From assembly GCA_965223505.1 (NCBI GenBank), contig CBDCWP010000008.1, forward strand, positions 96,001-160,000: DNA of 64,000 nt, in the 5' to 3' direction. Origin of the DNA: Planctomycetota bacterium (GTDB taxonomy: Bacteria; Planctomycetota; PLA2; JAEUHO01). A program made the translations under genes and the position numbers. The first letter of the stretch is position 1, and the number at the start of each line of letters is the position of its first letter. The notes beneath the pieces were generated by a model. That model had not been told where the DNA came from, did not search any database, and was given only the letters and a program-made list of their open reading frames with translations. Positions 1-9,187 of the stretch are shown piece by piece.

Positions 1-795
1 CTTGCTGTATTGATCGTCCTGGCCGCGTGCGCGGGCTGTCGCGGCGGCGCCGGGCATCCGGTGCGTCGTTCCTTGCCGCGCCTGCCCGATGCCGCGGTCG
101 TGCCGACGCCGGCCGCGGCGTTCGAACCGCAGCCGCCGGACGATCTGCGCGCGGTCGACGAGCTCTTCCAGGGCATCGAGGGCGTCAAGCTGCGCATCCT
201 GATGCTGGCCAAGCGACCGGCGCCGTCGGGTCGAACGCCGCGCATCGTCGACCTTCCGCAGGTCGCTCGTTCCGTGGAACAGCGCTATCGCGGCGGCGGC
301 CCTTCGGGCCCGATTCGTTCCGTCGCGGCGCTCGGGCTGATCGGTTGGGTACCGATTCCGCCGCACCGGCTGGCCGACATCATGGTGGATCCCGAAGCCG
401 AGCGTCAGCTTTTCGCGGCGCAGACGTTTCGAACGATCGAGACCGTCTACGAGCTCCCGAACGCGATGCGCAAGGGCTTCTACGTCGAGAAGCTCAACAT
501 GAAGATCGGCCCGGCCCGCTATCACCTGCGGTTCGCGATCTCGGCGGAGCGGATCGATCTCTCCGACGGATGTGTGTGGTTGCGGTACGACCCGCGCACA
601 CGGCCGCGCCCGCAGGGCGTGACGCTGTACCGCGGCGGCGCGTGGCTTCAGCCGGAGCGCGGCGGGACGCGCGTGGTGGAGCTCACGTTGTTCGGCGTGG
701 ATCTGGGCGGGTTGGTGTGGAAGCTGGGCCGGCCGTTGGTGGACAAGACGTTCAACGATCGTGCCGTGAACCTCTGGATCCGGGCGTGGCGGTAG
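1..795 (+). CDS. Hypothetical, probably exported or lipoprotein (5' end probably outside the window)
   Basis: The frame is open from the window edge, with a hydrophobic N-terminus carrying Cys (LAACAGC), a Pro-rich linker and a globular-looking remainder. It ends at TAG 793-795. Confidence 0.6.
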   Translation, partial: LAVLIVLAACAGCRGGAGHPVRRSLPRLPDAAVVPTPAAAFEPQPPDDLRAVDELFQGIEGVKLRILMLAKRPAPSGRTPRIVDLPQVARSVEQRYRGGGPSGPIRSVAALGLIGWVPIPPHRLADIMVDPEAERQLFAAQTFRTIETVYELPNAMRKGFYVEKLNMKIGPARYHLRFAISAERIDLSDGCVWLRYDPRTRPRPQGVTLYRGGAWLQPERGGTRVVELTLFGVDLGGLVWKLGRPLVDKTFNDRAVNLWIRAWR

Positions 796-817
796 GGAAC
801 GGCCGTTGTGGCCGCCC
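792..817 (+). repeat. Degenerate GTAG-type REP overlapping the stop codon
   Basis: GTAGGGAACGGCCGTTGTGGCCGCCC: GTAG followed by a GC-rich imperfect palindrome, the same architecture as the clear REPs. Confidence 0.55.
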
Positions 818-858
818 GCGATCCCGGGCTTGATTCCGGACCCTTCGCATTTCGCGTT

Positions 859-1053
859 GGGCAGCCACAAGGGCTGCCCCTACAGGTGATCCGTCACGTG
901 GACGTGAACGTGAACGTGAACCTGCACGACAGCTCGGACCGGGAGGTGGTGAACGCGATTGCGGATGTAGGGGCGACCCTCGTGGTCGCCCAAACGTTCA
1001 TCGATCAGCTGTCGACGCATGACCGGTTGGGCAGCCACAAGGGCTGCCCCTAC
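859..1053. repeat. REP cluster 1 (three GTAG REPs, including an 87-bp REPIN-like inverted pair at 967-1053)
   Basis: 859-883 and 1029-1053 are the reverse complement of GTAGGGGCAGCCCTTGTGGCTGCCC; 967-991 is GTAGGGGCGACCCTCGTGGTCGCCC. The same arrangement recurs at 11017-11194. Confidence 0.9.
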
Positions 1054-1120
1054 AACCATCCGCGAGCCGCTCCCGAATCTGCTGCCGATCCCGATTCGAT
1101 TCCGGGGCGTACACGCGGCT

Positions 1121-1145
1121 GGCGGGGCTTCGCCCCCGTCCCTAC
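1121..1145 (-). repeat. GTAG-type REP overlapping the EF-hand gene stop
   Basis: The minus strand reads GTAGGGACGGGGGCGAAGCCCCGCC, and its TAG is the stop at 1142-1144. Confidence 0.6.
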
Positions 1146-2173
1146 GGCAGATCCGCTTTCGTCAAGACCCCGTCGCCATCCGCGTCCAATCCCTTGAACC
1201 GCTCTTCGCTGCCCGGGTACTCGTCGGCCGTGACCTTGCCGTCCTTGTTCTTGTCGAACCGCCGCAACATACCCGCCGTCAACCGACCCTTCGACGGCGC
1301 CGGCTTCTGCTCCTCACCGTCGCCGTCACGAGCCTGCGCCTTCGCGACCGCCGCCTGGAACTCCTCCAGCGACACACGGCCGTCCGCGTTCGCGTCGACC
1401 GTCTCCAGGTAGCGTCCCGGTACGCCGTCGTCCGCCGTCAGCACGCCGTCGCCGTTCTTGTCCAGCTGCTCGAAGCGCGCCGCCGCCGCTTCGGGTGAGA
1501 TCTTGCGCTTCCGCTTCGCGCCGCCGTCGAGCTGGTCGATCTCGTCCGCGTCGATGAAGCCGTTGGCGTTCGCGTCCAGGCGTTCGAAGAACGCATCGGG
1601 ACCGCGGTACTCGTCCCGGCTCACCCGGCCGTCGCCGTCCGTATCGAGCTGGCGCAGCCGCTTGGCCATCTGGGCCCGGCCGCGATCCCGACCGCGGTTC
1701 GGCTTGGCGCCCGGTTGCTTGCCGCCGCCCAGGTCCTGCTCGTCGAGGAAGCCGTCCTTGTTGCGATCGACGCGATCGAAGGCCTCCGGCGGACCGCGGA
1801 ACTCGTCTTTCGAGATCTTGCCGTCCTTGTTGGCGTCCATGCGTTCCAGCGCCTTCTTGAGGCGATCGCCGCCGCGCGCCTGATCGCCGCCTTGCTTTCC
1901 GCGCGCCGCGGGTTTCTTGGGCTGCGGCTTGTAGTCCGCGGGCAGTCCGAGCTCGTCCGGCTTGATCAGGCCGTCCTTGTTCTTGTCGAGCAGCCGGAAC
2001 GAATCGCTACCCCCCTCGAACTCGTCCTGCGAGACGCAGCCGTCGCCGTCGCGGTCGAGCTCGTCGAAGAACTGGCTCGTCGGCGGCAGCTCTTCGTCCT
2101 CGGCGCGCGCGGCCGGCGCGGCGCAGATCAGCGCCAGCGCGAGTCCCGGGGCAATCCAAAGCAAGCGTGTCAT
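1142..2173 (-). CDS. Secreted multi-EF-hand calcium-binding protein
   Basis: Signal peptide MTRLLWIAPGLALALICAAPAARA, then ten DxD/NxDG-type loops arranged in five pairs (DRDGDG, DKNKDG, DANKDG, DRNKDG, DTDGDG, DANANG and so on). Confidence 0.9.
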   Translation of the reverse strand: MTRLLWIAPGLALALICAAPAARAEDEELPPTSQFFDELDRDGDGCVSQDEFEGGSDSFRLLDKNKDGLIKPDELGLPADYKPQPKKPAARGKQGGDQARGGDRLKKALERMDANKDGKISKDEFRGPPEAFDRVDRNKDGFLDEQDLGGGKQPGAKPNRGRDRGRAQMAKRLRQLDTDGDGRVSRDEYRGPDAFFERLDANANGFIDADEIDQLDGGAKRKRKISPEAAAARFEQLDKNGDGVLTADDGVPGRYLETVDANADGRVSLEEFQAAVAKAQARDGDGEEQKPAPSKGRLTAGMLRRFDKNKDGKVTADEYPGSEERFKGLDADGDGVLTKADLP

Positions 2174-2258
2174 CGGTTCGGCCTCCATCGACGGACGGCG
2201 CGCGGCCGCACCCCGTCCGGTCTTCAACCCCGCCGGCCCGGCGGCGTTGCGCTTTCTC

Positions 2259-4025
2259 CTACCGCGTGTCCGCGGGCACGATCCGCAGCGAGTCCAGCAT
2301 CCCCGCGCCCTCCGGCAGCTCGATCCAGAGCCTGTGCCGCCCGCGCTTGAGCTCCACGATCGAGCCCATCTGCGGCTTCACCCGGTACACCTCGAACTGC
2401 TCGATCGCGATCAGACGATGCACCGTCGCCTTGCCGTGCGTCAGGAATCCGAAGTGGCCCTGCCCCATCCTGTTGCTCAGGTTCGCGAACACGTGCGGAC
2501 TGCCGTCCAGGCTCGCGACCGCCACGCCCGCGAAGTGCTCCACCTTGATCTTCATCGGACCGGCGCGTCCCGAGGGACGCGACTGGCACGCGCCGAGAAT
2601 GCGAATCTCGCCCGCTTCCATCACGCCGATCACGAACCGGCGGCCGCCGTCCGTCAGCCCCGCGACCTTGCCGTTCTGCCCGTCGACCATGTCGAACAGT
2701 ACGAGGGCGTCGTCGCCTCCGTTCTCCTCGTCGGGCATGGTCACGTGCGCCTCGACCCCGTTGTGATCGATGTCGTTCTCCGGCGACAGCCAGGACGCGT
2801 CGGTGCCGTGCGCGTCCATCACGATGCGGTCGTCCTCGAAGCGCACCTCGCCGCGCACGTCCAGCAACGGCGTCGCGTGATCGAGCATGAGAACGGGACC
2901 GACGTCGACGAAGTCGTCGGCTGGGGCGTCTAGCGGCGGCAGTGCCGCGTCGCTCAGCTCCCCGTCGTCGAACGCCCATCGCAGCGGGCGCAACCCGTGC
3001 CCCGTGCGGAAGAGCAGCCGGTAGCGACCCTCGTCCTGGACGATGAAGTCGTAGCGCAGCGTCACGCCGCTCTCGATGGTCGCCACGGCGCCGTCGCCCT
3101 CCGCCATGGGATGCTCGACGAGGTCGTAGTCGTCGCTCGTTCCGAGCAGCTCGGCCTGGACCGCGAGTCCCGCGGTGGTCAAGACCGGCGTCGCCTGCGG
3201 CTCGTTGCTCGGAATCTCGGGACCCCGCACGCCGTTGATGAAGTCGACCCAGTTGCGGTGATTGCGGTCGTCGGGAACGAATCGGTCCCCGCCCTTGTGC
3301 CGGCGTCCGCCCGCGTCTTCCGGCAGCGGCTTGCGCAGGAAGTCGGACTTCATCGGCTGCCCGGGCTTGAGCAGCTTCAGCACGGTCTCGAAGTTCTTGT
3401 AGTGATCCTCGAGCGGGAACTCGTCGCCGCGCGGATGCGTGACGAGCCCGAAGCGGCCCTTGCCTTTGCCCGCGTGGCACTCGATGCACACCTCGTGCAG
3501 CGTCGGCGCGATCTTCGCCAGGTAGAACTTGAAGTCGGGCTGGCCCTCCGGCGACTCCGGCGGCTTGTACGGCGGGGGCGGGGGGAGGACCGCGCCGTTG
3601 ATCCAGTCCACGATCGTCCCGTACTCGACCATGTTGCCGCGCAGTCGCACGCCGCCCTTGTGCGTCACACCGCCGGCGTCGGTTCCGATGGGCTTCAGCA
3701 GATAGAGCGACGCCGCCGGGTTCCCCGGCACGATCAGCTCGCTGAGCGTCTCGAAATTCTTCTCGTGATGGCGTTCGCGGATCTTGCGGCCCGGTAGCGG
3801 CCGGAGGAAGTGGCGGCCGACCTTCCGGCGCTCACGGGGGTTCGCGTGGCACTCGCCGCACAGCCGCATGACGATGGGGGAGATGCGCTGTTTGTAGAAC
3901 TCGTAGTCGAGCTTCGGCCCCTCGTCCGCCGCCGGCCCGTCTTCCGCCCGCGCGGTGACGTGCGCAGCGAGGACGGCGGCCGCAACGAGGAGCGCGGCGG
4001 CCGCGATCGGGATCGGTCGCTTCAT
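2259..4025 (-). CDS. Secreted di-heme c-type cytochrome (two tandem planctomycete-like cytochrome c domains plus a beta-rich C-terminal region)
   Basis: Signal peptide MKRPIPIAAAALL...ARA; two CxxCH motifs (CGECH, CIECH) in duplicated domains each ending KP...AGG..HKGG. Confidence 0.8.
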   Translation of the reverse strand: MKRPIPIAAAALLVAAAVLAAHVTARAEDGPAADEGPKLDYEFYKQRISPIVMRLCGECHANPRERRKVGRHFLRPLPGRKIRERHHEKNFETLSELIVPGNPAASLYLLKPIGTDAGGVTHKGGVRLRGNMVEYGTIVDWINGAVLPPPPPYKPPESPEGQPDFKFYLAKIAPTLHEVCIECHAGKGKGRFGLVTHPRGDEFPLEDHYKNFETVLKLLKPGQPMKSDFLRKPLPEDAGGRRHKGGDRFVPDDRNHRNWVDFINGVRGPEIPSNEPQATPVLTTAGLAVQAELLGTSDDYDLVEHPMAEGDGAVATIESGVTLRYDFIVQDEGRYRLLFRTGHGLRPLRWAFDDGELSDAALPPLDAPADDFVDVGPVLMLDHATPLLDVRGEVRFEDDRIVMDAHGTDASWLSPENDIDHNGVEAHVTMPDEENGGDDALVLFDMVDGQNGKVAGLTDGGRRFVIGVMEAGEIRILGACQSRPSGRAGPMKIKVEHFAGVAVASLDGSPHVFANLSNRMGQGHFGFLTHGKATVHRLIAIEQFEVYRVKPQMGSIVELKRGRHRLWIELPEGAGMLDSLRIVPADTR

Positions 4026-4160
4026 GAAGCCTCCGTCCACCATTGAACCCGCTTTCGGCGGTGGGAGTACCACTGACGTGTAAGGAACGTCCCTCCGCGC
4101 CCTTCGGGGGCGATCTTCCCCCCCTGGCTCTACCATGCGACCGTTCGGCAGGATTCGCCC

Positions 4161-4910
4161 ATGACCCACGACGTCCCCGGCTGGACCGTGCACCGCCACG
4201 AGGTCGTCGCCTCGACCAACGACCTGGCAGCCGCGCTGCGCGACGCGGGCGCGGCCGGGCGCACCGCCGTCGTCGCCGACGCGCAGACCGCTGGGCGGGG
4301 CCGGGTCGGGCGCCGGTTCGCTTCGCCGCCGGGCGGGCTCTACGTCTCCGTCCTCCTCGACGCTCGCGCTGAGGATCTGCCGGCGGCGGTCGTGGCGCTC
4401 TCCGCTGTGGCGACGGCCCAGGCCATCGACCACTGCACCGGCGCTCAGGCGCGGATCAAGTGGCCCAACGACGTCTGGATCGACGGCAAGAAGGTGGCGG
4501 GCGTTCTTCTGGAGTCGTCGAATGCGGACCTGCCGGTCGTCGTCGGCATCGGCGTGAACATCCGCGGGGTGCCCGACGACCTTCCGCCCGACGTGCGGGC
4601 GGGCACGGGCGCGTTGAACGAGGTGGGCGCGCCGGTCGAGCGCGATGCGCTGCTTCGGTGCTTATTGGGCCGCATCGACGCCTGGCAAACGACCCTTCGT
4701 TCGGCAACTGGAAGGTCCGAGCTCGAGTCCGCATGGCACGACAGGCTGGCCCTGCTGGGGGCGCGCGTGCGTTGCACGTACGCTGGCAGGGATGTGACGG
4801 GCGTCCTGGAGGATGTGTCCCTCGACGACGGCCTCTGCATTCGGGACGGCGGTGGTGTCCCCGTCTGGCGAGCCGCGGAGGTCGTGCAGGATCTGCGTCC
4901 ACTCGAATAG
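4161..4910 (+). CDS. birA: Biotin--[acetyl-CoA-carboxylase] ligase (no N-terminal HTH)
   Basis: STND, QTAGRGRVGR, KWPND, KVAGVLLE and GIGVN motifs. Confidence 0.95.
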   Translation: MTHDVPGWTVHRHEVVASTNDLAAALRDAGAAGRTAVVADAQTAGRGRVGRRFASPPGGLYVSVLLDARAEDLPAAVVALSAVATAQAIDHCTGAQARIKWPNDVWIDGKKVAGVLLESSNADLPVVVGIGVNIRGVPDDLPPDVRAGTGALNEVGAPVERDALLRCLLGRIDAWQTTLRSATGRSELESAWHDRLALLGARVRCTYAGRDVTGVLEDVSLDDGLCIRDGGGVPVWRAAEVVQDLRPLE

Positions 4911-4925
4911 GCCGGGCGATTTCGC

Positions 4926-7031
4926 ATGAGCGACATGCATGCCATCACCAAGCGCTCGAAGGTCGTGACGATCGTCGTGCTCTTCATCTTCACCCAGATG
5001 GCGATCGTCGCGGTGCTGGGGCTCAACGCGAGCGAGAGCCAGCGGGAGACCACTCGGCAGAACCAGATCTTCCAGGCGGCCGAACGGGCTCGTGACGGGT
5101 TGTCGAAACTGCGCGACGATGCGCTCGGCGATCTGAGCGCCCAGATTCGAGACGCCGTGCAGATCGAGCAGCCGAGCCGTCTGCGCCAGCTCGAGACCCG
5201 GCCGGGGCCCCGGCTCGTGCGCATGATTTTCCACATCGAGGCGGATGGGGTCGCGCACTGGCTCACGCACGACGAGCACTTCCGTCTCTACATGCCGCCC
5301 GACGTCACGAAGGCGCTCTGGGAACGCAGCCGCGCCGAAGACCAGGTCAAGCGCGCCGAGGAGATGGAGCGCGAGGCGAAGGACCCGCGTAAGGACAACG
5401 CCGCAGCGCGCGACGCCTGGTATCGCCTGCTCAAGGCGTATCCGCTGCGGCTCGACGAGTCGGACGGCGAGACGTTCCCGCTGGCGGCCGGGCAGGCGAG
5501 CACGTTGGTCGAGTACGCCATGAACGCGGACCCGGCCGACGATCAGGATCCGCGCGCGGCCTTCCGCCGCGCGTTGCTGCGCGCGCTCGACGTCGGCGCG
5601 ATCAACCGCGGGCGTCCCGAGATCGACGCCGTCGACATCGCGATCCTCGACCAGATCGACGAGCGCGTCGCAGAGGCGCTCGAGGCGCGCAAGCACGACG
5701 TCGCCGACGAAGAGCTGCGCTGGGAGATTCGCCGCTTCCAGGCGTATCGCGACCACTTCCGTGACGAAGCGCATCTCAACGAGCTGAACCTCGCGATCCG
5801 CCGCGTTCAGGACAGCGATCAGCGAGGCGCCTTCTTCACGTTCCCCGTCGGCACGGAGCTGATCGCGGTCGCGCCCGAGAACGGCGGGTTCATCGTCGTC
5901 ACGCTCGACGCGACCCAGGCCCGCGCGATCATCGAGGCGCGCGTCGACCGGGCCGCGTTCGACCGCGACGGACAGGAGGTGCGGGTCTACCCCACGGACA
6001 TGCCCGACGACGCGCCCGAGGGCATCGCCACCCAGCCGGTGAAGAGCGACGCCATCGAGTTCCCCTTCAACGTCGCGGTGTTCCAGGTGCGCGACCCGGC
6101 GGGCGAGCCGGATCGCACCTCGGAGTACCTGATCTGGGTCATGGTGGTCCTGGCGGTTCTCGGGTTCGGCGTCGGGGGCACGGTGCTCTACCGGCTCTAC
6201 CGCCGCGAGATCCGCCTGGCCAAGCTCAAGGCCGACTTCGTCAGCAACCTCTCGCACGAGCTCAAGACGCCGCTCACCAGCATCCAGATCTTCACGGAGA
6301 TGTTCCAGGACGGGAAGCTGAGCGATCCGAAGGACCAGGCCGAGGGCTTCGACGTGCTGGCGCAGGAGTCCGACCGCCTCCAGCGCATCGTGAAGCGGAT
6401 GATCGACGTGGCGCACAAGGAGGCCCGCGGCGTCGCCTACGAGATGACGCCGGGCGACCTGAATCGGCCGATTCTGGAGGCGACGAGCCGTTTTCGCCGA
6501 ATCGTGACAGAACCGGGGTTGGATCTACGGGTCAGTTTGGCGCCCGAACCACTGCCGATGATGCTCGATCCATCGGCCATGGATGACGTGATCACCAACC
6601 TCGTGTCCAACGCATGGAAATACAAGGACGGCGATGCTGCGAGCATCACCGTCGCGACGCAGCGTCGTGGACGCTTCGCCGAGGTCGTCGTCATGGACGA
6701 CGGCATCGGGATCCCGACCACCGAGCGCAAGCGCGTCTTCGAGATGTTCTATCGGGCGGATCAGTATCTGACGCAGCCGGTGGCCGGCACCGGGCTCGGC
6801 CTGGCGCTCGTGCGCACCATCGTGCGCGCGCATCGCGGGAAGATCCGCGTCGGACCGGGCGAGAACGGCAAAGGGACGGCGTTCCGCATGCGCTTTCCGC
6901 TGAACAAGAAGGCGGCGCAGGCCGCGGCGGCGCCCCCCGCGAGCGGGGACGAGCCGCCGGCCGCAAGCGAACCCGAAGCCACGCCGGCGAAGCCGGAAGG
7001 CGCAGCGACGGGCGAAAGGGCGAGGACATGA
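4926..7031 (+). CDS. Membrane sensor histidine kinase
   Basis: Two TM segments flank a large extracytoplasmic domain; H-box FVSNLSHELKTPL; N box NLVSNAWKY, G1 DDGIG, G2 GTGLGL. Confidence 0.95.
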   Translation: MSDMHAITKRSKVVTIVVLFIFTQMAIVAVLGLNASESQRETTRQNQIFQAAERARDGLSKLRDDALGDLSAQIRDAVQIEQPSRLRQLETRPGPRLVRMIFHIEADGVAHWLTHDEHFRLYMPPDVTKALWERSRAEDQVKRAEEMEREAKDPRKDNAAARDAWYRLLKAYPLRLDESDGETFPLAAGQASTLVEYAMNADPADDQDPRAAFRRALLRALDVGAINRGRPEIDAVDIAILDQIDERVAEALEARKHDVADEELRWEIRRFQAYRDHFRDEAHLNELNLAIRRVQDSDQRGAFFTFPVGTELIAVAPENGGFIVVTLDATQARAIIEARVDRAAFDRDGQEVRVYPTDMPDDAPEGIATQPVKSDAIEFPFNVAVFQVRDPAGEPDRTSEYLIWVMVVLAVLGFGVGGTVLYRLYRREIRLAKLKADFVSNLSHELKTPLTSIQIFTEMFQDGKLSDPKDQAEGFDVLAQESDRLQRIVKRMIDVAHKEARGVAYEMTPGDLNRPILEATSRFRRIVTEPGLDLRVSLAPEPLPMMLDPSAMDDVITNLVSNAWKYKDGDAASITVATQRRGRFAEVVVMDDGIGIPTTERKRVFEMFYRADQYLTQPVAGTGLGLALVRTIVRAHRGKIRVGPGENGKGTAFRMRFPLNKKAAQAAAAPPASGDEPPAASEPEATPAKPEGAATGERART

Positions 7032-7720
7032 GCTCACGCATCCTGATCGTCGAGGACGACCCCTCGATTCGACTCGGACTCAAGCGCAGCTTGGAGTTCG
7101 AGGGGTTCACGGCCGAGCTGGCGCGTGACGGCGAAGAGGCGATCCAACGTGCCTTCGACAAGAAGCCGGATCTGATCGTGCTCGACATCATGCTTCCGCG
7201 CGTGAACGGGTTCGAGGTGTGCCGCACGGTGCGCAAGTACGACTCGACGATTCCGATTCTCATCCTGTCCGCGAAGGGCGACGAGGGCGACAAGGTGCTC
7301 GGGCTGGAGCTGGGCGCCGACGACTACATCACCAAGCCGTTCTCGATTCGCGAGTTGACGGCGCGGATCAAAGCCGCCTTGCGGCGGCGGCGGGCCATGG
7401 AGGGCGAGGTCGACACGTTCGAGGAGGAAAACCTGCGCATCGACTTCGGCGGTCAGACTCTGGCGGTCGACGGCGAGGAGCGCGAGCTGTCCACCCGCGA
7501 GTTCAAGCTGCTGCGGCACCTGATCCAGAACCGCGGTCGCGTGCTGTCGCGCGACCAGATCCTGAACAAGGTCTGGGGCTACGACTACGACGGAACGCCG
7601 CGCACGATCGACAACTTCATCAACAAGCTGCGTCAGAAGCTGGGCGACGATCCGACGACGCCCAAGTGGATCCAGACGGTGCGTGGCTCGGGCTACAAGT
7701 TCCGGTCGCCCGGGGGGTAG
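7028..7720 (+). CDS. OmpR/PhoB-family response regulator
   Basis: ATGA overlap with the kinase; ILIVEDD, LDIMLP, GADDYITKPF and winged-helix TVRGSGY motifs. Confidence 0.95.
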   Translation: MSSRILIVEDDPSIRLGLKRSLEFEGFTAELARDGEEAIQRAFDKKPDLIVLDIMLPRVNGFEVCRTVRKYDSTIPILILSAKGDEGDKVLGLELGADDYITKPFSIRELTARIKAALRRRRAMEGEVDTFEEENLRIDFGGQTLAVDGEERELSTREFKLLRHLIQNRGRVLSRDQILNKVWGYDYDGTPRTIDNFINKLRQKLGDDPTTPKWIQTVRGSGYKFRSPGG

Positions 7721-7735
7721 AGCGGGGCCGCGCCC

Positions 7736-8737
7736 TTACGGCGCGTCCGACGCTTCCGGGCCGTGCACCGTAAACGTCGTCACGGTCCGCGCCAGCACGC
7801 GTACCCTCGCGCCCTCGCGGCGCAGGAGCTGCACGCGGGCCTCGATGTCGTAGGACTCGCCGGCGCCCGGCGCCGGGAAGGCGCCGTACGGCACCATCAC
7901 GCTGCTCTTGTAGGTGGACATCTTGCCGGACACGCGCACCGGACGCGTCTGCACCGTGAGGTTGCCGGCCGAATCGGCGAAGTTGCGCCATGAGGAGCGG
8001 ATCAGTTTCTCGTCGTCCTTGCGCGCGAACCAGATGCCGACGTACAGGGACCGGTTCGCCTGGTTGATCGCGGTGAACGTGATGTCGACGCGCATCCCGG
8101 TCGCACCGCTGCGCATCTTCAGGTTGTGGCGCTTCGAGATGCGGTCGATGTTGCTGACGCGGATCTCGCGCGTCGGCCGCACGGGTCCGGTGGGAGAGAC
8201 GGGACGCCGAATCGTCGTGGGTGTCCGCGGTGCGCGCGGCGCGCCCGGCGCCACGTAGGGCACCCGCGTTGTCGTCGCCGGCAGGGTCGCACCGGGGCGC
8301 GTGCGCACGACGGGTTGCATGGGCACTGCCGTCACGGGACGCGACGTGATGTTCGTCCCCCGCTGCCGAATCGGCGCGGTGCGCGTCGGTGCGACCGTCG
8401 GTGTCGTCGGCGCGGGAATGATGCGCGGCGACCTCGCCGGGTTGCGGATCGTCGGGGGCGGCAGGTCCTTTTTGGCGGGGTTCGCGACCGGCTTCTCGGT
8501 GGGAGGTTCCGCGGCCGCGGGTTCCTCGATCTCGGGCGTGCCCGGGACGTCGCCGTCGTTCCCTTCGTTCGCTTTCTCCCCATCTCCCTTCGCACCGTCG
8601 CTCTTCGTGTCGTCCTTCGTCTCCTCGGGCGGCGGATCGGGCTCGGGGAACTCGTCCTCGGCGAACGCGCACGGCGCCGCGACCGCACTCAGCGCCACGA
8701 ACAGAGCGGTAGCCCACAAAACACGCAATTCGGTCAT
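7736..8737 (-). CDS. Secreted hypothetical protein (acidic and Pro/Thr-rich N-half, beta-sandwich-like C-terminal domain)
   Basis: Signal peptide ending AFA-EDE, low-complexity region, then alternating beta-strand pattern. Confidence 0.7.
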   Translation of the reverse strand: MTELRVLWATALFVALSAVAAPCAFAEDEFPEPDPPPEETKDDTKSDGAKGDGEKANEGNDGDVPGTPEIEEPAAAEPPTEKPVANPAKKDLPPPTIRNPARSPRIIPAPTTPTVAPTRTAPIRQRGTNITSRPVTAVPMQPVVRTRPGATLPATTTRVPYVAPGAPRAPRTPTTIRRPVSPTGPVRPTREIRVSNIDRISKRHNLKMRSGATGMRVDITFTAINQANRSLYVGIWFARKDDEKLIRSSWRNFADSAGNLTVQTRPVRVSGKMSTYKSSVMVPYGAFPAPGAGESYDIEARVQLLRREGARVRVLARTVTTFTVHGPEASDAP

Positions 8738-8742
8738 CTCGC

Positions 8743-9153
8743 TCAAGCTCCTGCCTGGACGACGATGATAACCACCATGAGTGCGTGAACCACGACAACG
8801 CACCCAATCGCCAGCGTTTCGAGCGTCTTGGGGATCCACTGGCGCTGTCGGTCGTCGCCGATGACCTTGAGCGTGCGCTCGAGGACCGGGTACCACCAAA
8901 ACAGGAAGAACCACGACGCCAGGCTGAGCAGGATGACGGAGCCGCCCATCCAGAAGGGCATGACGGAACGACCCTCGTGACTCCAAAGCACCTGGAAGAC
9001 GATGGCGCCGTAGCCGATGAACGCTACGGCCATGCTGACTTGCAGCAACCAGCTGGCGCGAACGCGCCGCAGCCCGAACTCGCGCACCGGATCCTGCGCC
9101 GGCATCGGGGCGCTGATCTGCTCGTTCGATTCGGGGGGCGGTGTCTCGGTCAC
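8743..9153 (-). CDS. Small membrane protein (about 3 TM)
   Basis: GTG start preceded by TACCAT; three hydrophobic helices. Confidence 0.7.
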   Translation of the reverse strand: MTETPPPESNEQISAPMPAQDPVREFGLRRVRASWLLQVSMAVAFIGYGAIVFQVLWSHEGRSVMPFWMGGSVILLSLASWFFLFWWYPVLERTLKVIGDDRQRQWIPKTLETLAIGCVVVVHALMVVIIVVQAGA

Positions 9154-9187
9154 GAACCGATGGTACTCCGCCGGAGGGGCGGGCTCG

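Noticed and set aside
859..1053. Possible CRISPR array (repeated 25-mers with spacers)
   Set aside because: The copies alternate in orientation, there are only three per cluster, the spacers are conserved between clusters, and there are no cas genes. This fits REP/REPIN.
808..1197. ORFs 808..1197, 1019..1498, 10908..11111 and 11102..11344
   Set aside because: These are translations of REP and hexamer repeats (GQPQGLPL, VNVNVN, SRSRS), not genes.
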